NCBI GenBank assembly: GCA_015064295.1
Contig: SVSM01000001.1
Span: forward strand, 17,668-81,667
Reading direction: 5' to 3'
Origin: Oscillospiraceae bacterium
Lineage (GTDB): Bacteria > Bacillota > Clostridia > Oscillospirales > CAG-272
DNA length: 64,000 nucleotides
Shown here: piece by piece, positions 25,892-35,010 of the stretch
Numbering within the stretch: position 1 is the stretch's first letter
Layout of the letters: every line of letters begins with the position of its first letter
Made by a program: the position numbers and the translations under genes
The notes under the pieces: model-generated
Databases searched by the model: none
Seen by the model: only the letters and a program-made list of their open reading frames with translations
Told to the model about the DNA's origin: nothing

Positions 25892-26155
25892 TCAGTCCTC
25901 GAAGCCGGTGGCGATCAATTCGGCAAGACCGTCCAGCGCCTCTGCCTCGTCGGTACCGTCAGCGATGAGAGTAACGGTCATGCCCTTAACGATGCCGAGA
26001 GAAAGGACACCGAGCAGGGATTTCGCGTTAACGCGGCGATCGTCCTTCTCAACCCAGATGGATGCCTTATAGGAGTTGGCCTTCTGAATAAAGAAGGTAG
26101 CGGGTCTTGCATGAAGGCCGACATTATTTTGAATGGTTACGTCGCGAGAAATCAT
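25892..26155 (-). CDS. ptsH: Phosphocarrier protein HPr
   Basis: Start moved to ATG 26155 (MISRDVTIQNNVGLHARPA) behind AGGAG. His15 motif GLHARPA and Ser46 motif NAKSLLGV are both present. Confidence 0.9.
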   Translation of the reverse strand: MISRDVTIQNNVGLHARPATFFIQKANSYKASIWVEKDDRRVNAKSLLGVLSLGIVKGMTVTLIADGTDEAEALDGLAELIATGFED

Positions 26156-26279
26156 CTGAAAAAACTCCTGTCCGTTAGTGATGATAAAAGACACATCTTA
26201 TTATAGCAAACATTTTTCAAAAAATCAAGGGTTTTTTGAATATTTTTGTTTGGGCAGGGAAAGAGAGGGGAGATTTTCC

Positions 26280-26774
26280 TTATTCCTCAGCCAAATTCAC
26301 GCGAAGAACGGTGATGCGGACCGAGGCACCGCCGGCCATAACGGTGAAGGTAGAACCGGGTGCAATAAAGGTATTACCGTTGAGCAGATAGCCGTTTTCG
26401 GAGGAAACGACCTGAGCGCGAAAGACGCCGTTCAGGTCAAGGAGCGTGGCGTGCTCGTAGTGGACGAGAGAGCCGATGCTGTTTTCGTAATAGACGATGG
26501 CGGGAGCCGCCTCAAGGGAGGAGAGAGCACCGAAGACGTCCCGGTCGGTGTAAAAGACGGTGCTTTCGGTAAAGACCGCCCGCTCCTCGGGAGTGACCGC
26601 CTCGGCCACGAAGGTGATGCGGGCCTCGGTCAGAACGGTTTTGGAGAAGAGCTTGTTCACCAGATCGTACCGCAGAACCACGCCCACGAAGCAGGCGAGG
26701 ATCATCAGAACGATCACAAAATCAATGACCGAAAAGCGAAGGCCCTTGGCCGTTTTCACGTTGGAATCCGTCAT
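26280..26774 (-). CDS. Single-pass membrane protein, DUF4330-like (paralog A)
   Basis: 164 aa. N-terminal FSVIDFVIVLMILACFVGVVL anchor followed by a beta-rich domain. Same architecture as the upstream neighbour. Family name is from memory. Confidence 0.55.
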   Translation of the reverse strand: MTDSNVKTAKGLRFSVIDFVIVLMILACFVGVVLRYDLVNKLFSKTVLTEARITFVAEAVTPEERAVFTESTVFYTDRDVFGALSSLEAAPAIVYYENSIGSLVHYEHATLLDLNGVFRAQVVSSENGYLLNGNTFIAPGSTFTVMAGGASVRITVLRVNLAEE

Positions 26775-26779
26775 GTCCT

Positions 26780-27301
26780 TTACCGTCCTTTCTCGTTTTG
26801 CGTCTGGGAGGCAGACTGCTCGATGGCGATGCAGATACCGTTCCCCGTGAAGTTGGGCACGCGGAGCGAGATGGTATCGCCCAGCGTCAGGGCGTTTCCC
26901 TTGATCTCGTAGCCGGTATCGGTCAGAGCAGCGGCGGTCTTGACGGTCACGGTCATGGTGATCTTACCGGGGTAGGCGGTGGTGATCTGAAGGCCGGTGG
27001 TGCGGTCGGTTCCTACGTAATAGTAGGGGGCGTAGGTCACGTCGGTCACCTCACCAATGACGTTGGTGGTGACGGGATCCATCACCATGTCGCCCACCGC
27101 GACCAGGTTACGGAATTCCTCCCGCATGGCGGCCACCTCGATCTTGTAGGTGATCTCGGCGGTCTTGGGGGAGCTTCCGTCCACGATGCGGCGTTCTCTT
27201 AAGAAAAAGATCAGCGTCACCACCGAGGCCAGGACGAGAAGGACGAGGAGGATGTCGATAAAGTTGAAATAGAGCTTCTTTTTCGTCGGTGCGGTATTCA
27301 T
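26780..27301 (-). CDS. Single-pass membrane protein, DUF4330-like (paralog B)
   Basis: Start moved to ATG 27301 (MNTAPTKKKLYFNFIDILLVLLVLASVV). 173 aa. Lies 4 nt after the stop of the ligase-like gene. Confidence 0.55.
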   Translation of the reverse strand: MNTAPTKKKLYFNFIDILLVLLVLASVVTLIFFLRERRIVDGSSPKTAEITYKIEVAAMREEFRNLVAVGDMVMDPVTTNVIGEVTDVTYAPYYYVGTDRTTGLQITTAYPGKITMTVTVKTAAALTDTGYEIKGNALTLGDTISLRVPNFTGNGICIAIEQSASQTQNEKGR

Positions 27302-27305
27302 AAGG

Positions 27306-29264
27306 TCACCGATCCTTTCTGCCGCGGAAGACCGCGGTCGGTCGTTTACAGTCAATATCCAGGTGAGGACCGTCAAGAGGGGACACGATCCGTTCCCTTG
27401 CTCCGGAGCGAATCGCCGCCGAGGTCAGTCCCAGCACCATCCAGAAGAGGAGCAGGATCCGGTTGTTATACCAGACGTAATCGGCCATGCCCATCGTAAG
27501 GAAGCCGACGACGGCAGAGAAGCCGGCGGCCGCCGTGAGGCGGAGACGGGCATCATCCTCCCGTCCCGTTACCGTGTAAGAGGCGTAGTGACGAAGGAAG
27601 ACGAAGAGGAACGCCAGGAACACGAACAGGCCGGTAAAGCCCACCGAAACGGCAATTTGAGTGTACAGATTGTGGGTATGAGGGGCCGCCTCAATGGCCG
27701 AAAGGGAGTAGAGAGGATAAACGCGGCGGAAGGCCGCCTCCCCCACGCCGATTCCTCCGGCAAAGCAATCGGAGAGCAGACCGTCCACGCCGTTCCAGAT
27801 GTCGAAGCGGTAGGCAAGGGAGGTGTCGGTCAAGGAGAAGGAGCTGAGGAATCGAGTCGTAATACTGTTGGGCAAGAGAGCAAAGGCGGCGGGAAGCAGT
27901 AGGAGCCCGCAGAACAGCTTGGCGACCATGGCACGGGAGGTCAGAAGGAACAGGAGAAGAAGGGCCGCAATGGCACCCAGCCAGCCGCCCCTTGACCAGG
28001 TAAACAGCAAGCAGGCAAGAGAAAGCAGAAGCAGCAGAACGTGTGCCAGCCGCCGGTCGCCGGGACGGGAGAGTCTTACGGCCGTAACGGCGAGGGGAAG
28101 ACCGAGAATCAGGAACTCGGCCAACACGTTGGGATTCTCAAAGAAAGAAACGGTACGTCCCGGGATGACGGTCAGAAGGGAGGCGTCGAGCCACTTGGCA
28201 GGGGCAAAGCCCAAAAGATACTGAAGGACGCCTGCCAGTGCCGTGATCCCAAAGGAAAGGAGTAGCGCTTTTCCGCAGCGTGCCACCCATTCCGTGGTGC
28301 GGATCAGATTGACGGTGATGAAATAGCCGGCCATCATGGTGATCATGACGGCAGCAGCACGGAGACTTTCGACCGGCGTCACCGAGATCCCTCCGCCGAA
28401 GAAGAGGACTACGGCAAAGCAAAGTGCGGCGACGTCGGGGGAGGCGGTGGCAAAGGTCCGCTTGCCCCGCACCAGCTTCAAAAGCCAGGCAAGGGTAACG
28501 TAAACGGTCAGGAGACCGACGGTAGCAGCGGAAAAGAAGGGAAGGATCAGCAGGATCAGCACGACGCCGGATTCCGGCAGGAGCAGGACGGCGTAGGCCA
28601 AGGCGGCAAGGGGGAACAGGAGCAGCATCGCCGGCGGAGAGGTCAGCGCACCGAGGATTCCGGCGGCCACGCCGAGAAGGAAGGAGGCGTCACCTCTGCC
28701 CATGGGCTTTCCCTTTGGGAGTAAGGCCTCCCGACGGATCCCCAAAAGGTCAAAGAGCAGGAAGGAAAGAATTCGGCTGTCGGAAAGGGCGTCACCGCAC
28801 CGTTTTTGGGAGACGGTCAGGATACTGCCGATGAGAATGGCAAGCACGCCGTAGGCCAGCTCGGACAGGGGTGTGGCAAGATGGCCGAGGGCAAATCGCT
28901 GAACCAGATAAAAGACGGAGCAGGAAAGCCCCACGGCAAAATAGAAGATGCCGATGCAGTTCAGCTTCAGATTGGGGAGTGAGGTGATGCCGGCCTTCAG
29001 CCAAGACAGCAGCACGCTTCCTTCCACGTGCTTGGCCATAAACCGCTTGAAGGGGATGGATACCCGACGGCGGAAGCCCAGGCGCTCACCGAGGAGGGAA
29101 AAGAGGCCGCTGCCGCTGTGACGCTCGTTTCCCGCCAGCAGGCGGGCGGTAAAGCTTTCGGAGATCTTTACGCGCAAGAAATCCGAAAAGCGGACGAGTG
29201 CCGACAGAATCGCGCTTTTTGAGGCCAGGGCCCGAAAGCCCTTGGCGTTTTGGTTTCGGTTCAT
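27306..29264 (-). CDS. O-antigen ligase / Wzy_C-family polytopic membrane protein
   Basis: 652 aa with at least 12 hydrophobic segments. The FTWSRGGWLGAIAALLLLF motif region is typical of the O-antigen ligase/polymerase family. ATGA overlap with the upstream murJ-like gene. Confidence 0.65.
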   Translation of the reverse strand: MNRNQNAKGFRALASKSAILSALVRFSDFLRVKISESFTARLLAGNERHSGSGLFSLLGERLGFRRRVSIPFKRFMAKHVEGSVLLSWLKAGITSLPNLKLNCIGIFYFAVGLSCSVFYLVQRFALGHLATPLSELAYGVLAILIGSILTVSQKRCGDALSDSRILSFLLFDLLGIRREALLPKGKPMGRGDASFLLGVAAGILGALTSPPAMLLLFPLAALAYAVLLLPESGVVLILLILPFFSAATVGLLTVYVTLAWLLKLVRGKRTFATASPDVAALCFAVVLFFGGGISVTPVESLRAAAVMITMMAGYFITVNLIRTTEWVARCGKALLLSFGITALAGVLQYLLGFAPAKWLDASLLTVIPGRTVSFFENPNVLAEFLILGLPLAVTAVRLSRPGDRRLAHVLLLLLSLACLLFTWSRGGWLGAIAALLLLFLLTSRAMVAKLFCGLLLLPAAFALLPNSITTRFLSSFSLTDTSLAYRFDIWNGVDGLLSDCFAGGIGVGEAAFRRVYPLYSLSAIEAAPHTHNLYTQIAVSVGFTGLFVFLAFLFVFLRHYASYTVTGREDDARLRLTAAAGFSAVVGFLTMGMADYVWYNNRILLLFWMVLGLTSAAIRSGARERIVSPLDGPHLDIDCKRPTAVFRGRKDR

Positions 29265-30697
29265 GGAAGGGGATCACTCCTTTCTCTGCCGAGGGTGACA
29301 CGGCAGACGGTCAGATAGAGGACGCCGCCAAGAGGGGCGACGGAAAAGGGCAAGAGAAGATTTCTGTCCCACCGAAGGGAAGAGGCAAGAGAGTCGGCAG
29401 ACCAATAGACCAGGCAGAGGGCCGCAAGGCCCATCAGGATGGCGGGTAAGACGCGAAGCACGCCCGTCGGCAGCTCCCGTCTCAGACAATATCCCTGCAC
29501 CAGCGCCGCCAGCGCATGGCTGACGAGGAAGGCCATCGCCCCGCCCGCAAGGCCGAGGGGACGAAGAAAAGCGGATAGCAAAAAGGCAGATCCCACGCCC
29601 AAAAGCATCGGGAGGATCGCCGCCGTTTTTCGGTTGGATACCCAAGCCAAACGGTTCTGGAATTCCTCCAGGGCACAGAAGGGGAGCGCCAGTGCCAGCA
29701 CCGACAGGAGCCGCGAGACCCCCTCGGCATCCCGGGGGCTGAAATGGCCGCGGCGGTAGAGAAGCGCCACCGCCTCGGGTGCCAACAGGCAAAGGAGCAG
29801 CGCCAGGGGAAGGGAAATAGCCAACAGGGTAACGAGGCAGGAGCCGGTTTGCCGCTTGCGGGCGGCAGGATCCTGTTCGGTCGATAGCTTGGGGAAGCTG
29901 TAATTGACGACGCCCGATACGGTAACGCCCAGCGCCGCCGAGAAGAGGGCGGAGGCGTAGCCGAAGGCAGCGGCACCGCCTTCGCAGTAGGAGGCAGCCG
30001 CCATGGCCGCCGACAGCGAGATGGGGAGAAGCCAGGTGGGAAGCAGGGCGGCGGGGAGCCGCTTGGCCGCTTCCTTCACGGAGGAAAGTCCGTTTGTCAG
30101 GCAGAAGTGCCGTACCCCTCGAAAGGGGAAGGCCATCAGGGCACATTGGAGCAAGAGCGACAGAAGGCGAAGCTCCGCGATGCCACGGGGAGACAGTGAC
30201 GGTATCCCGTAGAGCGCCATAAGCTCCAGGCCGTTGGCCGTGAGTCCGGCTGCGGGGGGGAGCAGATATCGGCCCTTCACCTGACATAAGGCCGTCAGCA
30301 CGGCGCTTCCTCCCATGGGGAGGAGGGTGACGGCGTAACGGGTGAACAGCGCCACGGTCAGTGCCGCCGCCTCCTCCGACAGGCCGGGGAATAACACCCC
30401 CACCAGAGGCCCGGCCAAGAGAAGGCAGAGCAGGGCGATCAGAGATAAAAAGCCGAGAAAAAGGGTACCAAAACAGGCCGAAAACCCACGTTTATCGGTC
30501 CCTTTTTGACCAAAAACGGGGATAAAACACCCCGAAACGGCGGCGGCAGGCAACAGATCAAACAGAAGATTGGGGATCCGTCCGGCGGCGGCCAGGGCCT
30601 CCGCCTCGGTGCCGGTCCCAAACAGGGCGGCCAGGCGGGCGGTGCGGAGCATCCCGAGAAGCTTGGCGGCTCCCGTCAGCGCCATCATGGCGATCAA
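29261..30697 (-). CDS. murJ: MurJ/MviN-family lipid-linked glycan flippase
   Basis: 478 aa with a TTG start at 30697 (ATG alternatives at 30688 and 30685). The N-terminal AKLLGMLRTARLAALFGTGTEAEALAAAGRIPNLLFDLL matches the MurJ N-terminal pattern. Polytopic. Confidence 0.75.
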   Translation of the reverse strand: MIAMMALTGAAKLLGMLRTARLAALFGTGTEAEALAAAGRIPNLLFDLLPAAAVSGCFIPVFGQKGTDKRGFSACFGTLFLGFLSLIALLCLLLAGPLVGVLFPGLSEEAAALTVALFTRYAVTLLPMGGSAVLTALCQVKGRYLLPPAAGLTANGLELMALYGIPSLSPRGIAELRLLSLLLQCALMAFPFRGVRHFCLTNGLSSVKEAAKRLPAALLPTWLLPISLSAAMAAASYCEGGAAAFGYASALFSAALGVTVSGVVNYSFPKLSTEQDPAARKRQTGSCLVTLLAISLPLALLLCLLAPEAVALLYRRGHFSPRDAEGVSRLLSVLALALPFCALEEFQNRLAWVSNRKTAAILPMLLGVGSAFLLSAFLRPLGLAGGAMAFLVSHALAALVQGYCLRRELPTGVLRVLPAILMGLAALCLVYWSADSLASSLRWDRNLLLPFSVAPLGGVLYLTVCRVTLGRERSDPLP

Positions 30698-30714
30698 GAG
30701 CCGTGCGGTGCGGC

Positions 30715-31392
30715 TTACAGCAGGTCGGGGCGTTTCTTTCGTGTGCGTTGTAGGGCCTCCTTAAAGCGCCATGCGTCGATTTCGGCGTGGTTTCCGTTCA
30801 GAAGGGGCTCGGGTACCCGGCGGCCGTGAAATTCCACGGGACGGGTGTATTGGGGATATTCCAGCATCCCGCAGGAGATGCTTTCCACCTCGTGGCACTC
30901 GGGGGCGGGGAGGACGCCGTCGATAAGACGTCCCACGCAGTCCACCAAAATACAGGCAGGCAGCTCGCCTCCCGTCAGGACGTAGTCTCCCACCGAGATC
31001 TCCTCGTCCACGATCTCCTCAAGGATCCGCTCGTCCACCCCTTCGTAGTGGCCGCAGAGCAGGATCAGGCGGTCAAGCTTTGCCAGCTCCTCGGCCTTCT
31101 TTTGGGTCAGGACCTTGCCTTGGGGGGAAAGATAGACGGTGCGGCAGTTTTCGGGCTTTTGGCCCTCCGTGACCGCTTGGTAACAGTTGTAGATAGGCGG
31201 GGCGGCCATGAGCATGCCCTTGCCGCCGCCGTAGGGGGTGTCGTCCACCCGACGGTGCTTGTCCTCGGAGTAATCGCGGATGTTATGGGTGCGGACGTCG
31301 AGGATGCCCGCCTGTCTTGCCCGCCCGATGATGCTCTCGGAGAGCATGGCGTCTACCGAGGCGGGAAACAGCGTCATAATATCAATTCTCAT
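30715..31392 (-). CDS. trmD: tRNA (guanine37-N1)-methyltransferase TrmD
   Basis: Start moved to ATG 31392 (MRIDIMTLFPASVDAMLSESIIGRA). Contains the later DDTPYGGGKGMLM motif. Confidence 0.93.
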   Translation of the reverse strand: MRIDIMTLFPASVDAMLSESIIGRARQAGILDVRTHNIRDYSEDKHRRVDDTPYGGGKGMLMAAPPIYNCYQAVTEGQKPENCRTVYLSPQGKVLTQKKAEELAKLDRLILLCGHYEGVDERILEEIVDEEISVGDYVLTGGELPACILVDCVGRLIDGVLPAPECHEVESISCGMLEYPQYTRPVEFHGRRVPEPLLNGNHAEIDAWRFKEALQRTRKKRPDLL

Positions 31393-31939
31393 CGAACATA
31401 CCTGCAATGGGGGCGATGACGATTCCGGTCTCAAGGTCGATGTGCTTGACAAATTCCTTGACGACCGGCATCAGCACCATGCCCTTTTCGGTCTTGATCT
31501 CGTAGAGGTCGCTTGCCGCTCCCTGAATCACGTCGTGAAGGGTGCCGTAGAAGCGGCCGTCTGCCTCACCGTAGAGGGGGAGGCCCTTCAGATCGTCGAT
31601 CAGAAACGCCCCATCCTCCCTGGGAATGTCGTCCCGATGGGCATATAGAACGGTGTTTTTCAAGGCCATGGCGGCCTCCATGGTCTCAACGCCCTCCAGC
31701 GTCAGAAGGACGCGGTCCTTCTGCACCGAGCCCTTCCGTACCTTAACGGAAGGGAAGGCCTCCCCGGCCTGCCCGGGGGCAAAATACAGCGTCTTCATGC
31801 CGGCCAGCACGGCGGGACTGTCGCACCAGGGCTCGACCTTGAGGGCGCCCTTGACGCCGTGGGTATTGACGATCTTTCCGATTTCGATGTAGGTTCTCAT
31901 CCTTCGGTCTCCGGCCCGTAAATGGGCATACTTTTCCAT
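31382..31939 (-). CDS. rimM: 16S rRNA processing protein RimM
   Basis: Contains IEIGKIVNTHGVKGALKVEPW (RimM N-terminal pattern). Start is ATG 31939 (GAGGA upstream) or ATG 31900. Overlaps the trmD start. Confidence 0.88.
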   Translation of the reverse strand: MEKYAHLRAGDRRMRTYIEIGKIVNTHGVKGALKVEPWCDSPAVLAGMKTLYFAPGQAGEAFPSVKVRKGSVQKDRVLLTLEGVETMEAAMALKNTVLYAHRDDIPREDGAFLIDDLKGLPLYGEADGRFYGTLHDVIQGAASDLYEIKTEKGMVLMPVVKEFVKHIDLETGIVIAPIAGMFDEN

Positions 31940-32019
31940 GATATTCCTCTATATTTTACCACTTGCGGCGGCCTTAATTTTTAACAGACTGTAAACATTT
32001 GCCCTTTTTCACCGTTTCC

Positions 32020-32048
32020 TTTACAACAAGGCCTTTTTCCATTATAAT
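32020..32048 (+). promoter_or_regulatory. Sigma-A-type promoter for the MoxR operon
   Basis: TTTACA (32020-32025), a 17-nt spacer, then TATAAT (32043-32048). Confidence 0.6.
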
Positions 32049-32104
32049 AGAATCAATACATTTCGCCGCCGTGCGGCTTGCTTTGCGCTTGGAAGGAACT
32101 GCTT

Positions 32105-33070
32105 ATGAATGCTTCGGTAAAGCATCTGTGTGATGCCGTAAAAGATAACGTGGGTAAGGTCATTGTCGGAAAAGAAAACGTGGTGGATCTGATGCTGATC
32201 GCCCTGCTTTGCGGGGGACATATGCTGATCGAAGACGTGCCGGGTACCGGCAAGACCAAGCTGGTCAAGGCCTTTGCCGCCTCCCTCGGCTGCTCCGACA
32301 GCCGCATCCAGTTTACCCCTGACCTTCTGCCCTCGGATATTACGGGCATCAACTACTTCAACATGAAGAAGGGCGAGTTTGAGTTTGTGCCCGGCCCTGT
32401 GTTTGCCTCGGTGGTGCTGGCCGACGAGATCAACCGCGCTACCCCCAAGACCCAATCGGGACTTCTTGAGTGTATGGAGGAGCGTCAGGCTACCATTGAC
32501 GGCAAGACCTATCCCCTAAGCGATCCCTTTATGGTCATCGCCACCCAGAATCCGGTGGAGAACATGGGCGTGTTTCCGCTGCCCGAGGCGCAGCTTGACC
32601 GCTTCCTCGTTAAGACGACCATGAAATATCCTACCCACGCCGAGAACGTGGCGATCCTTCAGAGGTTCTGCTCCGCCGATCCGCTGACGACGCTTACGCC
32701 CGTGGCGTCGGTGCAGGATATTCTGAACGCCCGCAGGGAGCTGGATGCCGTCTTCGTGCATCACGATATTTTTGAATATATTTCCTCCCTCTGCGAGGCG
32801 ACCCGTGGTCTTGAGGGCGTGGTTCTGGGCGTCAGCCCCCGCGGTGCTATTTCCCTTATGCGGGTGGCCAAGGGCTTTGCCGCCCTGTCGGGACGTCGCT
32901 ACGTGACCCCCGATGACGTCAAGGCGGCGGCCCTTCCGACCCTGCCCCACCGTCTGACGCTGACAGGCGCCGCCCGTATCCGCAAAAATGCTGCTCAGGC
33001 GATGATCGCCGAGCTCATCGGCAAGGTGACGGTCCCTACCGAATCGGAGTTGGGATGGTCAAGGGGTTGA
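32105..33070 (+). CDS. MoxR-family AAA+ ATPase
   Basis: Start at ATG 32105 (MNASVKHLCDAV). Walker A EDVPGTGKT and Walker B VLADEINRATPKTQS; typical MoxR length of 321 aa. Confidence 0.88.
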   Translation: MNASVKHLCDAVKDNVGKVIVGKENVVDLMLIALLCGGHMLIEDVPGTGKTKLVKAFAASLGCSDSRIQFTPDLLPSDITGINYFNMKKGEFEFVPGPVFASVVLADEINRATPKTQSGLLECMEERQATIDGKTYPLSDPFMVIATQNPVENMGVFPLPEAQLDRFLVKTTMKYPTHAENVAILQRFCSADPLTTLTPVASVQDILNARRELDAVFVHHDIFEYISSLCEATRGLEGVVLGVSPRGAISLMRVAKGFAALSGRRYVTPDDVKAAALPTLPHRLTLTGAARIRKNAAQAMIAELIGKVTVPTESELGWSRG

Positions 33071-34215
33071 TAACGGCAGCGGCGTTGGCCGAGTCCCTTC
33101 CCGGATGGGGTTACGTTCTTCTTTCGGCGGGGCTTGTTCTGCTTGCTGTTCTGATCGTGGCGCTGATCTGCTTTGCCCTGCGGGATCGGCTGATCGCAGG
33201 GGTGACCTACTCCCGTGAGTTCTCCGAGGAGGGGGTCTACGAGGGGGAATACGTCATTATGACCGAAACGGTGACCAATCCCTCCTTTCTGCCGGTGTTT
33301 TTCCTTGACGTGGAATCCTATTTCTACAACGGCATTCGTCTGCAGAGCGTTCCCTTCGATCCGCGGCAGGCCATGCAGTACTTTCAGAGCCGCTTTCATC
33401 TGTGGCCCTTTATGCAGATCCGCCGTCGTCACAAGGTGCTCTGCGCCCAGCGGGGCTTTTATCAGCTGGAGACGGTGGACGTTTTTTACAGTAAAAGGGT
33501 GCGGTACATCAGCGCGCCCGCGCAGCTCTACGTCTACCCCAAGGTGATACCCATCGGGGAGATCCCCGATCCCATCAGCTCCCATCAGGGTGACAGCATT
33601 ACCGCCCGCCGTCTGATCTTCGATCCCTTCTCGGTGAACGGGATCCGTAAATATCAGTTCGGCGATCCCTTCAGCACCATCAACTTCAAGGCCACCGCTC
33701 GCAGCGGCAGCGTCGGCATCGACGCCATCCGCGTCAACAGCCGGGATTATTGCTCCAGCCGTACCGTGATGGTCTACCTCAACTACCAGCTTTCGGTGGA
33801 TAAGCCCATTCCCGCTCACCTTTACGAGCCCATGATGGAGCGGGGGCTTTCTCACGCCGCCGCTCTCATGCGAGAGGCCTTTTACAGCGGCTATCGGGCG
33901 GGCTTTTCCGCCAACGCTACCCTGGTTTCGGGGGAGAATCGCATCTGTTTTCCCGTTGAGGGCGGGGAAGCTCATTTAACCGAGATCTTAAAGAAAATGG
34001 CAAAGGTGCGGATCTCCACGGGGATCTCGCTGACCGCCATGCTGTCCGAGCAGCTTCGGGACGGTATGACCGAGACCGAGATCTTCTTGCTCACCCCCGA
34101 GCTGACCGACGAGGCGGCGACGATCCTCGACCGCTATCGCCTGCAGGGAAATACCGTTCACGTGATCCTGCTGGGTGGAGGGGAGGTGTATGGCGATGAA
34201 GACGTGGCTTCGTAA
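33055..34215 (+). CDS. DUF58 domain protein (MoxR partner)
   Basis: 386 aa. N-terminal TM pair, then FDPFSVNGIRKYQFGDPFSTINFKATARSG, which matches the DUF58 core pattern. Overlaps the moxR stop. Confidence 0.75.
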   Translation: MVKGLITAAALAESLPGWGYVLLSAGLVLLAVLIVALICFALRDRLIAGVTYSREFSEEGVYEGEYVIMTETVTNPSFLPVFFLDVESYFYNGIRLQSVPFDPRQAMQYFQSRFHLWPFMQIRRRHKVLCAQRGFYQLETVDVFYSKRVRYISAPAQLYVYPKVIPIGEIPDPISSHQGDSITARRLIFDPFSVNGIRKYQFGDPFSTINFKATARSGSVGIDAIRVNSRDYCSSRTVMVYLNYQLSVDKPIPAHLYEPMMERGLSHAAALMREAFYSGYRAGFSANATLVSGENRICFPVEGGEAHLTEILKKMAKVRISTGISLTAMLSEQLRDGMTETEIFLLTPELTDEAATILDRYRLQGNTVHVILLGGGEVYGDEDVAS

Positions 34216-34876
34216 GCATATCGATCCGCGGCGCTTTCGCTTGTTCCTCCTTTTTGCGCTGCTGGCGCTGGTGATTTATCAGGGCTTCTTGCACTGCAAG
34301 ATCTTTCTGCCCGATCTCCGTTACGAGCGTCAGATGGTGGGGCTTGCCGCCGTGGTTCTTGCTGCTTTGGCGGCGATCCAGTTTTGTAAAATGTTCCGCG
34401 AGGGGCTGTTCCGTACCGTCCTCTCACCGGTGGGGCGGGTGCTGAAAAAGGCCTTTTCGGCCGTGGGAAAACGACTCGGTCGTGTGATCGATCGGGTACG
34501 CCGTGCGCTGGGCCTGCCGGAACGGCAGCGACGCGCCAAGGGCACCGACGAGCGCAGCTTTCTGTTTCACTCCGGTAAGCGGGACGACCGCCGCCGTAAG
34601 GAGCAGAAGCGACGCTTTCAGGATCTGACCGATAATCGGGAGCGTCTTCGCTTTCTTTACGTTCGCTTCGTCAGAAAATGGATGAAGAGGGGCTATCACT
34701 ACGCTCCGGGGCATACCCCGCTGGAAAACGGCGCCTCGTGGCGCTTGAAGGAGGAGGAGGGCAGCCGTTTCTTCTCCGCCTATACCGACGTCCGCTTCGG
34801 GGACGAGAGCCGGGCGGTTTCCGATGAGGAGCTGGAGGCCTTTGCCGAGCTTACCGGAAAGAAACGGAAGGGATAG
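34190..34876 (+). CDS. Two-TM protein with an Arg/Lys-rich linker and a DUF4129-like C-terminus
   Basis: Start at ATG 34190 behind GGGGAGG. The C-terminal RFLYVRFVRKWMKRGYHYAPGHTPLE resembles the DUF4129 motif that usually ends MoxR/DUF58-linked transglutaminase-like proteins. No Cys-His-Asp core seen. Confidence 0.5.
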   Translation: MAMKTWLRKHIDPRRFRLFLLFALLALVIYQGFLHCKIFLPDLRYERQMVGLAAVVLAALAAIQFCKMFREGLFRTVLSPVGRVLKKAFSAVGKRLGRVIDRVRRALGLPERQRRAKGTDERSFLFHSGKRDDRRRKEQKRRFQDLTDNRERLRFLYVRFVRKWMKRGYHYAPGHTPLENGASWRLKEEEGSRFFSAYTDVRFGDESRAVSDEELEAFAELTGKKRKG

Positions 34877-35010
34877 CGGCTACGCTTCGGTGTGGAAAAA
34901 CGAAAACCGTTTGTTCACAAAAAGTTATATATTTGTAAAAGAAAATCTGGTATAATATTGGGGAACGGCTGCGCGCCGAAACCGGAAAACGATCGGAGAA
35001 TCCGAAGAAT

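Noticed and set aside
29274-30287. 337-aa alternative-frame ORF inside the murJ-like gene (same strand).
   Set aside because: The product is Pro/Arg/Gly-rich nonsense in the +1 frame of a polytopic membrane protein gene. There is no start context.
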